From Schizochytrium sp. TIO01 (taxonomy: Eukaryota; Protista; Bigyra: Labyrinthulomycetes), in the NCBI GenBank assembly GCA_004764695.1, contig SMSO01000031.1, positions 2,828,436-2,892,435 on the forward strand: a stretch of DNA of 64,000 nucleotides, in the 5' to 3' direction. Positions 35,846-46,648 of the stretch are shown here, piece by piece. Under the pieces are notes generated by a model. It made no database searches and was not told where the DNA came from. It was given only the letters and a program-made list of their open reading frames with translations. Each line of letters starts with the position of its first letter. Positions within the stretch are counted from its first letter, which is position 1. The position numbers and the translations under genes were made by a program.

Positions 35846-36293
35846 ATTGGTTGGTTCTCAGAAGGCTCCACTATAAGAAATAACTTGAGTGCGTTGTGGT
35901 TGTTTGGGCACTGCCTCTTCTCCTCGGCAGGCCTCCCTTGTCCGATTGGAGATCAACCAATTAAGGGTTTGGTGTTTGGATTTATCTCTATTCTCTGGGT
36001 CAGCAATCTCTTTTTATCATTTGCTATTTTATCAGTTAAGGGTAGAATGGCGTAGCAACGACTGCCCTCTCTGAGCTGGAATGGTGGCTTGAACAGGACA
36101 AATCACTTACAGAGAATTGGCGATAACGAAGTTAGCTGGCTGGCTTATTTATACACCTACGTATATACGTTTTGATTAAATGGAATCTTTAACTTTGTAA
36201 GAGGTACGCTCCGCAAAGTAAAAGAAATCAAACCTCAGCCCTTAATCTTTAATCAAAAAATTAAAACAAATCAAATCAAATCAAACAAAATAT

Positions 36294-36472
36294 GTAGGTA
36301 GGTAGGTAGGTAGGTAGGTAGGTAGGTAGGTAGGTAGGCGCAAGTATCTTCTACCTACCTACCTACCAGCCAGCCTACCTATGTCTAGTTTTGTCCTTGA
36401 CTTCTATTGAAAAGATTAAAATAAATAAATAAATAAAAATATTCAGTTTGTATTAAAACGCTTTTGAAAGCT

Positions 36473-36511
<39 letters not shown>
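36294..36511. repeat. (GTAG)11, inverted (CTAC)4 and T38 tract
   Basis: GTAG run 36294-36337, CTAC run 36351-36366, poly-T 36474-36511. Confidence 0.9.
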
Positions 36512-36517
<6 letters not shown>

Positions 36518-37353
36518 CTTCAGAGAAAAATGGAACGGAAGCAGTTGAGATAGTATGACGAAAGACACTCTAGAGGTTAAGCAATCAAATAGGCCAAAGG
36601 GGGAGAAACACGTGTGGATGCATTCTTGTCTTCAAAACCCTTCTTTTACTTCTCTTTAAATACAATTCCCAAACTGGAAGTCTTTCCGCATTTTAATCTT
36701 TTCATGGAAAAGGGCGCATACTCACGCAAGATTGGTATGGCTCACAGTATCCGCTATACTTCATGATCTGTGTAGTTAGACTACCAAAATCGTCTAATAC
36801 GTCCACTGATGGCTGCAACCATAGGCAAACCTAACTTGGGTAAGCAAACGTTTCTGTTTTGTAATTACTGCACGCTAATGGTCTAAAGATACTTGGGAGG
36901 ATCTATCTATTAAATTAGAAAAATCTTTAAAAGCATAGGTTTTACTAAAATTTATTGTTTTAAAAGAATAACTTGGAGGTAATAAGAATTACTTTGTGTG
37001 CTTCCATTTTATTAATCTTAAGAGTAATCAGAATTTAAATTGTGAGCGCTCTACTTGGTATATTATACTATCGCACAAGGGTATTTATTCACTAGGACAG
37101 ACTAAGTACGAAGCCTCAGTGGATGAAAGTTGAGTAAGCTGTGTGACGAAGTTATTTATTCCATTAAGCTGACAGAGTTGGTTTGTTCTATGGTAGGAGC
37201 AGTAAAAGGAATAAAAACATTGCTAATATAAAAGTAGTACATACATGCGATGTTTGCCGCCAAACATGTGTGTAACAAGCAAAACTCAAACATAAAAGTC
37301 GATCTTTCGAAGGTCTGCACATAGGCTAGCCCTTTTTACTTGGACAAGCCAAA

Positions 37354-37887
37354 ATGAATAACCCCAATGACGATGAAAACCACAATAACATAAGTAGGCT
37401 TCAAATAATTGTCGATCACCTTATTGACCTTGCTCAAGATACAGACGGTGGAAACGCACAAGAACCCTTGAGTTTCAGGCTTGCGAGAGTGCTCTACGAA
37501 AATAACATTCCAGCATCGTCAAGCAATTTGAAGAGAGTATGGAGCACGTACCGCGCGCAAACTGGGAATCCGGAAAGGCTTCATTGCGTTCATTGTTCGA
37601 TGTCTTACACCTTAAATGGACTTGGACGACACCTGAGAAGGAACAGAGATCATAGGTGCGGTCCTGGATCCAAAGAGACCTTGAGACAAACCATTCTGGA
37701 GTATCCAGATCGCCCTGAGATACCTAACATTAATGGGCAACCTACTTTTCAGGATCTAAGGAACGATTTTGATAATAATCACAACCACGATCAAGGATTT
37801 GTGGACTTGATGATCACATACAACGCTACTTGTATGGTCATGCGGACTGATGCTCAAATGTTGAGACAACGACGAAGGCGCAGATAA
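37354..37887 (+). CDS. Orphan C2H2-finger family copy 3 (divergent, 177 aa)
   Basis: LHCVHCSMSYTLNGLGRHLRRNRDHRCGPG and MITYNATCMVMRT align with copies 1 and 2. Confidence 0.78.
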   Translation: MNNPNDDENHNNISRLQIIVDHLIDLAQDTDGGNAQEPLSFRLARVLYENNIPASSSNLKRVWSTYRAQTGNPERLHCVHCSMSYTLNGLGRHLRRNRDHRCGPGSKETLRQTILEYPDRPEIPNINGQPTFQDLRNDFDNNHNHDQGFVDLMITYNATCMVMRTDAQMLRQRRRRR

Positions 37888-39178
37888 ACCATCACTGTTG
37901 AGTATATCAGGGTCGGTGATACTTTGTTCACTCTGTGCACTCAAGAAAAAGGCACGGATAGTAAAAACAAGGATATAGTTCGAATCACTACTTTAAACAT
38001 TTCTCTACAATTTTCTATTTCCTTTGCATTACTTCAATATTGTTCCCCTACAATGCCATTTGAGTTCATGTACCTGGATACTGCAATCTTTAATCAATAC
38101 GACATGTGGACATGCTATTGCTTAAGTTTTCGATACATAAGTACTATTCCAAGAGACTTCAGAATTGAGACTCGTCAAGGAGATACATGGTTGCAAATTC
38201 GGGAGCTTCATGACCTGGAAGTATACATGTTCACTATAACGGAAATGGCCAAATTTAAATTTACAATGAATGAAAATATTTAATAGAGCCTCTTCAAATA
38301 TGGATGATACAAATGAGATCTAGGCTTTCGACTGCGTCATAAACCAACCCACCTTGGAGTCCATTTGCAAGAACAGTGAGTTCCGAACATTAAAATCTAA
38401 ACTTCACTGAGCCTTCTGCAAGAGATTTGCTTTTATCTTGCTGGTCGACATCTAGCTGACCAAAATCATTGATGAATTGAAATGTAGCCCGGTTGAGAAT
38501 TGACACAAAAGCGATACATGAGCGTTTTTTCGAATATGTAATTCCTAAGATAGTTTTGTATCTTTATGCAATGGATATACCCGAAGGTTAGGAACCGCAC
38601 GTTAAGATCTATTGCTGTTCAATATAGAACTGCACATGAACCATGTTTTAAGACATAGAAGATATAATTGTTTCGCGTCGCTCAGACTGCAACCTTATTT
38701 GTCTTTGTTGAGAAAAAATAACAAACAAAAAAACATCCGTGATTGAAATCATAATATTTTGCTCAGCTCTTATCCTCATCAGCCATATGCTTTGTTTACA
38801 TTTTAATTTTAGCGGTGACAGAATGTTTTGTAGTCATGGAAACACTCCTGGCGAACGAGCAAGCAATATTCTTTTTCAGCCACAGATACAATTTTTCCTT
38901 TCTACTATTATTGTTATTATGACTCCTATTGTAGTCCTATTCATAAGTAAGTAGTGCTAGGACTTCCATCTCCAAGAAGTAATACTATGTATCTTCTATT
39001 TTTTGTGCATTACCAAGCTCTGATCAAACAAACTTGCAATCGTGTTGTGAGCTGACAAACCTTACGAGGCCACCCCTACCAAGTTTCCTTGTACTATTCA
39101 CTCTGCCTACGCGAGGTATTCGTAGTGGCGTTAAGTGTTTTGACCTAACTTTTGCACTCCGTGCTTTTGCGAATAACC

Positions 39179-40498
39179 ATGGCAGTCGAGAATGGCACTG
39201 ATGCGGACTTCTCCGTGAACTTCTTCCGCGACCTCCTGCAGTTTCGCACTGTTTCGCTCGAGGGGCCTGTAACCGGAGCCTATCGTGAATGCGTTGATTG
39301 GCTCGATGGTCGCGTCAAGGAAATGATCCCTATTGTTTCTACGCAAATTATCGAGGCGGTCGAGAAAAAGCCCATCCTTGTTGTCCAGCTTCCCGGTTCG
39401 GATCCGAGTTTGGACAGCGTAGTCCTCAATTCCCATTATGATGTTGTTCCTGCTATGGAAGAGCACTGGGATGTGGACCCATTTGGAGCGGTAGAGAAGG
39501 ATGGGCGCATTTATGGACGCGGCACTCAAGATATGAAGTGTGTATGTGCCCAGTATGTACTTTCTTTGGCCCGTACTTATCGTAAGGCTGTTGAGGCTGC
39601 TGGAGGCGATGCTAGTCAGGTGAAGCATCTCTTTAAGCGCACCGTGTGGCTAACTTTTGTTCCTGACGAGGAAATTGGCGGTCGTGACGGAATGGGAGCC
39701 TTCATTAAGGATGGTCACTTGGAGCGTATTATTGGTAAGGTCGGCGTAGCCCTTGACGAAGGTCTCGCGAACGACAAGGAAGAAGCCGAGTATACTGTTT
39801 TCTATGGCGAGCGTATGCCTATGTGGGTTCTAGTGAAAGCAGAAGGGCCCACTGGCCATGGAAGCCGCTTCATTAAGGACACTGCTGTAGAGAAACTCAT
39901 TAAAATGGCTGGCAAGGCCTTCGAGGTTCGCAAACAGCAAGAGGAAATTCTTGGTGCCACTGGCGAAGGGTGCAAGCACTGTGAAGCCAAGAAGCTTGGC
40001 GATGTGCTCACTATTAACCTCACTGTGCTTCAGGCTGGTGTCTCCCCAGACGGCAAGAATTTCTCGCTCAATGTGATTCCCACAACAGCTACCGCCGGCT
40101 TTGATATCCGTGTACCTGTGACGATGCCAATTAAGGATGTTCGCAAGATGCTGGATGACTGGTGCTGCGATGAAGGTATGAGCTGGATGTTTGACCCCAA
40201 GACGGGCCATGATGACCGCGACATCCACTTTGTATCTCCTACTAATGAGGATGATGAATGGTGGAGCACCTTTTCTGCTGCTGTAAAAAGCGCTGGTGTC
40301 AAGGTCTCACCAGAAATTTTCCCGGCTGGAACTGACTCGCGCTTCTTGCGCGGTCAAAACATCCCGGCTTTCGGTTTTTCACCTATGTGTAAATCCCCTG
40401 TGCTCTTGCATGAGCACAATGAGTACATTGATCGCTCTGTCTTCCTCGACGGTGTTGATGTTTACGACAAGGTCATCCCAGCGCTGGCTAATCACTAA
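39179..40498 (+). CDS. ACY1: Aminoacylase-1 (M20 peptidase family)
   Basis: LNSHYDVVP, GRGTQDMKC, PDEEIGG, LDEGLA, GHGSRF, LLHEHNE motifs. First ATG at 39179. Confidence 0.95.
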   Translation: MAVENGTDADFSVNFFRDLLQFRTVSLEGPVTGAYRECVDWLDGRVKEMIPIVSTQIIEAVEKKPILVVQLPGSDPSLDSVVLNSHYDVVPAMEEHWDVDPFGAVEKDGRIYGRGTQDMKCVCAQYVLSLARTYRKAVEAAGGDASQVKHLFKRTVWLTFVPDEEIGGRDGMGAFIKDGHLERIIGKVGVALDEGLANDKEEAEYTVFYGERMPMWVLVKAEGPTGHGSRFIKDTAVEKLIKMAGKAFEVRKQQEEILGATGEGCKHCEAKKLGDVLTINLTVLQAGVSPDGKNFSLNVIPTTATAGFDIRVPVTMPIKDVRKMLDDWCCDEGMSWMFDPKTGHDDRDIHFVSPTNEDDEWWSTFSAAVKSAGVKVSPEIFPAGTDSRFLRGQNIPAFGFSPMCKSPVLLHEHNEYIDRSVFLDGVDVYDKVIPALANH

Positions 40499-40981
40499 AT
40501 ACAATTGGAAGATATACATTGCCAAGCAAACATGATTTTAACTCGTCCATGTTGTGTTTAGCTTCTATTGTTTGCGCTTGGCGATGTATAAATAGCATTT
40601 GCTTCAATGTCCCCCCTGCGACTCTTCTGTTTAAAATTTGACTCAACGCTCGACGCTTCCTCTTGCATACATACATATTGTCTTCAAGGTAAAACAAAAT
40701 AAAAAATAAAAAATTGAAGATGTCTTAATCTTCCATTGTTTTCTGCGTTTAATTTAAAGCGTGATCCTGCCCCAGCTTACCCTTCAGTCAGCGCAGCTGC
40801 ATTACGGATGAATTCTAACTTTGTAAGTCAATTTACTTGCTAAATTTTAGGTGATCATCGACCAGACATGTGATGATTGTCTCCAAATACATTTGATCAG
40901 AGATTGCTGGACCTTGGACCCTGGAAAATTTAGCGCCTTCATTTACTTGCGTAGAATAGGTGAAATGAGTTCAGATACAGG

Positions 40982-41629
40982 TTAGGCGTTCACTGGTGGG
41001 CTTACAAGGATAACCACATCACCACGAACAAACAGCATCTCCTTAGAGCGCTTGGATTCCTGAAAAAAAATAAAATACCATTGGAGTCTCAAGTTAGACC
41101 ACATTCAACAACAAACATCAAATTAATATGCGATTCTGAATGCGCAGCTTTTACTTACCACTACCTTGCCATCCTTCTCTTCACGAATGGTTTCTTCCAC
41201 GTCGCCGAGGATCATGTTGAGATGCTGATCGCAGGCCTGAGGACACAAGAAGTAGTTACAATATCAGCATAAATGTACCAAAGAGTACCTGCTTGTTAGC
41301 ATTTCTGAGAGCCTTCAATCCTCGCAAGGGTCGCACATCACAATGAAGGGTATCTTTCGAAGTACCGCGCTCTTGTGATTTACACAATCACACCTATTCC
41401 TAACGCATACCAGCAGTCGTCAGACTGCTATGCTGTTTCTCACAGCAACCACTTGGGTGACAGCTAAAAATAGTGAATTTATCGATCATGGCGCTGTGGT
41501 TGTTCCTCTTCCCTTTTGCAAACGTACGTGGAGCTTGCCACGGAGCTCCCTGCCGCCGCGACACTTGATGTAGACCGACTCATCAATACTGAAGGACACT
41601 ACGTCCAGGGGCTTCTTCACGGCGGCCAT
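40982..41629 (-). CDS. LSM3: U6 snRNA-associated Sm-like protein LSm3; exons 41528-41629, 41159-41236, 40982-41059 (85 aa)
   Basis: Manual splicing gives MAAVKKPLDVVSFSIDESVYIKCRGGRELRGKLH|ACDQHLNMILGDVEETIREEKDGKVV|ESKRSKEMLFVRGDVVILVSPPVNA*. Introns are GTACGT..CAG (291 nt) and GTAAGT..CAG (99 nt), both phase 0. Confidence 0.95.
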
Positions 41630-42114
41630 GGTTGTCCTGTGTTGCACTGAGCCTTCAACGTTGCTCGTTTGTTTGTTTGTATCTGCTTGTTTGGCTTCTT
41701 TGATTTTCTCTTGTACATTTTGATTTAAAAAAAGTAACTCTTAGGATTTTGATTAATTAGTGTTTTATATTTGACAGATTTAGGTGTATTGATGTCCACA
41801 TTAATTGCATACTACTCGTGCTTGCTTGGTGCCATTTCCGAAGAACGATTTGATAGTTTCAAATGTCAACTGAAACAACTTTAGAACACGCATGTCAAGA
41901 CTTGCCTACGGAGGATAATGCTTAAGCTATTTGACGTCTTCAAAAGGGGTAAGGCTACTGTGTTTTTTTTGTTTTTTTTCTTCTAAAAATGCACATTAGG
42001 GAAAATCATAACAGCTTGGAGGCAAGTCACGGCTCCAAATTGCGAAGACGAAAAGGAAATGAATAATATTCTGTTATGTTCCTATCTTCAGATTTAAAAG
42101 ACGAAGGAATTAAG

Positions 42115-45100
42115 CTACACGAAAAGATCAAGGTAGGTGTTGTCGTACGAGTTACGTACCTCGCGCTCAGAAATCGGTTTCTTGAGTACCTCAATCGTCT
42201 CCTCTTTCTGCTTCGCAACATCATAAACGGAGTTCTCAGAAATTTCATAGTCAGGAGGCAACCGAGGATAAACGGGAATCAGCTTTTCACCACCATAAAC
42301 GTAGAGGTTGTTGTGAATTCGCCAGTAAACCTCACGAACACGACGTGCAGGATGAAAGAGCCCCTGTAGCACATAAAGAAAGATTATGTGCGCTCCCAAT
42401 GACACGCGTAGGCCTTCGACCGCCTCAAAAACAGCAGCAATTACATGGGGAGAGTCTTCGAAAATGTTAGGCCACACAAAGTTGAGTAGATGCACTAAGG
42501 CATCCTCGCATCCATGGCCATACACACCCAAGGCGAGATGCTTTACAACAGCACATGCTGTTTGGCGATGTACAGCATCACGCTGGCAAAGAGCATCGGT
42601 AAGAAGAGTAATCACGCTATAGATATAATCCTTTGAGGACTCGCCAATGTACTGAAACAAGAAGCTCATTGTCTTTAGTACGCCATGCTGTACATTGCTG
42701 TCAGTGAAACGGTAGTCAGTCATGAGAGCAGGCAAAACAGTAAATGGACCGCACGACTCAGAAACCACAGCAAGACCAACAGTCGAGCAGACACGAGATG
42801 AGCGGTCAGACACCTTGAGATTGTTGAGCAATGCATGAGTAATATCTTGCGGGCCTATTGCTTCCGCAATGTGGCCAAAGGTAGCCACAGCAGCACGGCG
42901 AATAGACTTCTTCTTAGCGCGCAACAGCTCAATAAGCTCGAAACAGATCCGCATCCACTCACGGGCCGGCACTTGATCCGCAGCACGGGCGGCAATACGA
43001 CCGACCAATGAAATAGCATTTTCTTGGACTTTAGGATTCTGATTTTTCAGAATTGGTGTGATGCGCGGCAAAAGGTCCTTGACAGGTGGCTTGAGTTTGG
43101 ACATACCAATTGAATTGACAATACCACCGAGGCCTCCAATAATAGAGCCAAGCACATTAGGATACTCTTCACCAAGGTTTTCAAAGAGGACAACGCTGAG
43201 GTGAGCCATGAGTTGATCTTCCTTGCAAAGTTTCAACAATGGGGCAATATGAGCACATAGATCGGCTGCCTGAGCACGAATTACCGCATCTTTGGAATTC
43301 AGTCGAAACTTGATAGTTCCAGCAATCTGGGCAAGATAAGGTTTGCTTCTCTCTCCTAGTGCATTAAGAATGGTGCTAAATCCATCAAGAATAGTTGCTG
43401 ATTCACGATCCACCTGACGGGTTTCATTACTGCTCTTTGCTGCGACTGAACCCTGTTCCTGGAAACTATACATTGCGCCATCAACAAGTCGCTGCTCGAT
43501 ATTCAGTGAAATGTCAAGAGTGCCAAGATTAGCAACAATCTCACTAAGTGCCTTCATTACCATGCGACGGTAAGCTTCATTTTCATCCTTGAGATCATCA
43601 ACGATGCGTTCTACAACATCTGCGGCACCGAGCTTATTGGAGAGTGCAACGGTTGTTTCCACTACCTGTTGAGAGTTCCGTCTGTCTAATGCCATTCGAC
43701 GAATCCAAAAGTTACGAAAGAATTCAGGACAGACACTTTCACGCAGATACTGAGCAGTAATACCATCGCTCGCGATGCACTGGCGCAAGACACGCAGACA
43801 AATTTTGCGCATTTCGTCATCAGCGGACTTGAACTCCCGAATGAGAATAACCATAACCTCTTTTGCAAAATATGCTGCATACTCATCATCGTCAAATAGT
43901 GGGATGAGGGCTCCGATGGCTTTGAGAAAAGCTGCCAAGGTCTTGCCCTGATGAGAACGAACACCATTCCATAGAGGCTCTAGAACAGGATCAAACGATT
44001 CAATACCGTATGGATGAGCCGCCTCAGCTAAGGCAGATATGGAGAGGGCAGTCATGGTCCTCACCTGCGTATTTTTGTCTGAAAGACCATTTTTAACAAT
44101 GTTTACCAGACTCGTGAGGTGTGGAAGTACAGCGCAACCAACCAAGATTGGAATTTGCTGCACAATCTTGGATCCTGTATGACGTGCGTACCAGGATTTA
44201 CTCGCACAGACAGCTCTCAGAAATGGAACAAGGCTTGAAATACCCATGGCTGATGCTACCACAGCAAAAGCTCTTGCTGTAGTGTTCCGGACAAATTCGT
44301 TGCTATTATCAACATCAGGGCGAAGGGCGGCAATCATTGCAGGTACACCGGCAGCTTTGCTGAGGTTAGCAATCACCTCACGAGCTTCAGCACGTGCGAA
44401 AAAATCACTGTCGATTAACATAGGCTCCACCACAATAAGAATTTTGTGCACATAAGGACAGACCAAATCGTCCAAGCGGTACAGCACACGGTCAATTACC
44501 TTAACCAGCAAGTGCCTTTGCTGGTCCTCAAGGGTCGGGCTCATCATCATAGGCAAGATCTGGTTAAAGAGTGCTTCAGGCCCAAGATCACGCGCTTTGC
44601 GCGTGATTTGACGCAGGGCCATCTTACGCTGAGCTGGTGTACCGTCCATCACACGTTGAAGCAGCGAACTTACGTACTCCTCCGGAGTCGAGTTTTCGTC
44701 CAACACCTTTGCAGCAGCTCCCATGGGTCCATTTGCATCTTCCCCACCGCTCATTGCGAGACCTGCTTCGCTCATAGAATCAAGTTCCGAACGCTCACGA
44801 CGCTCCGGTTTATATGAGGCAGGCGGTGTAACGATCTCATACCCTTCGCTCGGCAGCATGGCGTCAAGGTCCTCATCAGAAAGGGGTTTGTTTCGTTCTG
44901 CAATCTCACGTTCGATTCTCGTCATAGAAGTAGCCGATGTGGCAACAGTTTCTCCTGCTTCAGACTGCGCATCACTTGTCTGAGCTGGTGCATCCCATCT
45001 GCTGACCTTTTGTGCTGTGGCTACAGGTTCTACAGTTTCCAAAGTAGTTGTTTCAGTTGATGCCTCAGGTGCTGCATCCCAGCGGCTCCTGCGTCGTGAC

Positions 45101-45655
45101 AGTGTTGATGAGGTTGCCGCAGACTTGCCCTCCGGACGACCTTCGTTTTCTGAGCTCATATCAGCTTCTGTAGCACTCAAACTGCTGTTGTTTGCTTCAT
45201 CGTTGCTGGCGGCAACAGATGATCCATCATCATCCCAGCGTCGCCGCTTCCGCTTTGGGGGTACTGAGGCAACTTCGTTTCGAAACTTTGTTGGCAATGA
45301 AGGAGCCGGCAAATGGTTGGTCTCCCTCATTATCCCCAGATGTACGTCCAGTTTCGTCTTGTGTTGCAGATTTTGCACGAGCTTCTCTTGCCTCAGCTTT
45401 GAGTCTTTGCATGCGTTCTGCGTAGGTTTCATTGTCGCGTTGAAGCTCCTGACTCCTGTCGAGCCTCCTTTTCTGATAGTCACTCTCGCGATCAGATATC
45501 CGTGTGCTCTTCATTCCTGAAGCATTTTCAAGATGCTCTTGAACGGCTTCAGCATCTTGAGCAGCTTCGCGAGCTTCTGCATCTTCGTCCTTCCGAAACG
45601 CCGGGTGTGAGGCACCTCTCAGGGCGCTAAGGTCTTTAATTTCGTGCCCCGACAT
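42115..45655 (-). CDS. SF3B1: Splicing factor 3B subunit 1; frame switch near 45264-45345 (intron or 1-bp error)
   Basis: HEAT repeats ([41 protein letters not shown]), p14-binding region ([15 protein letters not shown]) and three RWD motifs. The N-terminal [13 protein letters not shown] motif lies in a different frame starting at ATG 45655. Confidence 0.93.
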
Positions 45656-46648
45656 CTTCCCTCGTCGCAGACTCTTCCTAGACCCGCGAGCGTGGTGAAC
45701 ACCACTATCCAAATTTGGTTGCTCCGCACCAGGGCGATTGATCAATCGATTGATCAGCTCTCAATCAGCCAACAAGCTCCTGAGAGCCTTTCTTTGCCAG
45801 TATACCATTGGGCCCATCAATACACTATGACCAAATACTCTACTTATGGCTTTTCTATAATCTATTTGCACCCCTTTCTATAACTCACTTGCGCTACAGC
45901 TCCACCCTTACTATAGGCTATCTCTATAGCCTACTTCACTTGGAGAGTTCTAGTGTATTTGTTTCTAAACTCCACTACCCGCCGATGAGCTACTATGCAG
46001 AATACTTGCAAGATTTTCTCTTGGAGAGTCCTAATATGTAGGTTATATAGTGGATAGAGATAGAGGTATACAGCTTAATGGTGAATTGGCCAAGCTCTGA
46101 TAGGATACTTTATTATTAATAGTCATTATTGAAAACAGTAGAAGCCCCCTTGCTACTTAGCAGAGACAGAAAAGCATGAAGAAGGAGTCGCAGTAGAACG
46201 ACGACGTGGCGGCTCTTGCTGCGAGGTTGGCGCGACAACGAAAGGTATCGAGCAAACGAAAGCGGTTTCCGGGGCTAGGGACCAAATATTGGGAGCGGAG
46301 TTGCGCATAAGGCAGGTTCCTTTTGTCCCTTGCGAAGGTCCGAAGCGCAGTTTTCAACATCTGTCAAATTCCTCTCGGCTGAAGCTTGCTTGCCAAAAAA
46401 ACACTTCAAACAGAGGCTGTCAGCTGCCTGACGTTGAGATTACGGAACATAGTTCACATCAAGGTAAATCGGGTATATTCAGAACAAGCTTCTTTTTAGT
46501 TCTGTGAATTCCGCTGCTGCCAACCCTGAGAATTGGATTTGTGTAATTCGCAGGGAGTAGACTTCTAGCAGTTAATTGAAGTGAAAAGGACTCCCGAGTG
46601 GGTAAGGAAGTTCGTGAAAAGACGTCAGGAAAGATTTTTCGCAAAGAG

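Larger units (their letters stand above)
32748..35970. repeat. Inverted duplication of ~1.05 kb (arms ~32748-33800 and ~34905-35970) with ~1.1 kb spacer
   Basis: The CDS plus ~125 bp of 5' flank (CAAACCCTTAATTGGTTGA…CAGTGCCCAAA…TATTTCTTATAGTG) recur in reverse complement. Confidence 0.9.

Noticed and set aside
37924-38283. 119-aa ORF after family copy 3
   Set aside because: TTG start, AT-rich, no motif or similarity to the family; probably 3' flank.
30900-39100. Autonomous transposon or provirus
   Set aside because: No transposase, integrase, RT, capsid, terminal repeats or target-site duplication could be identified.
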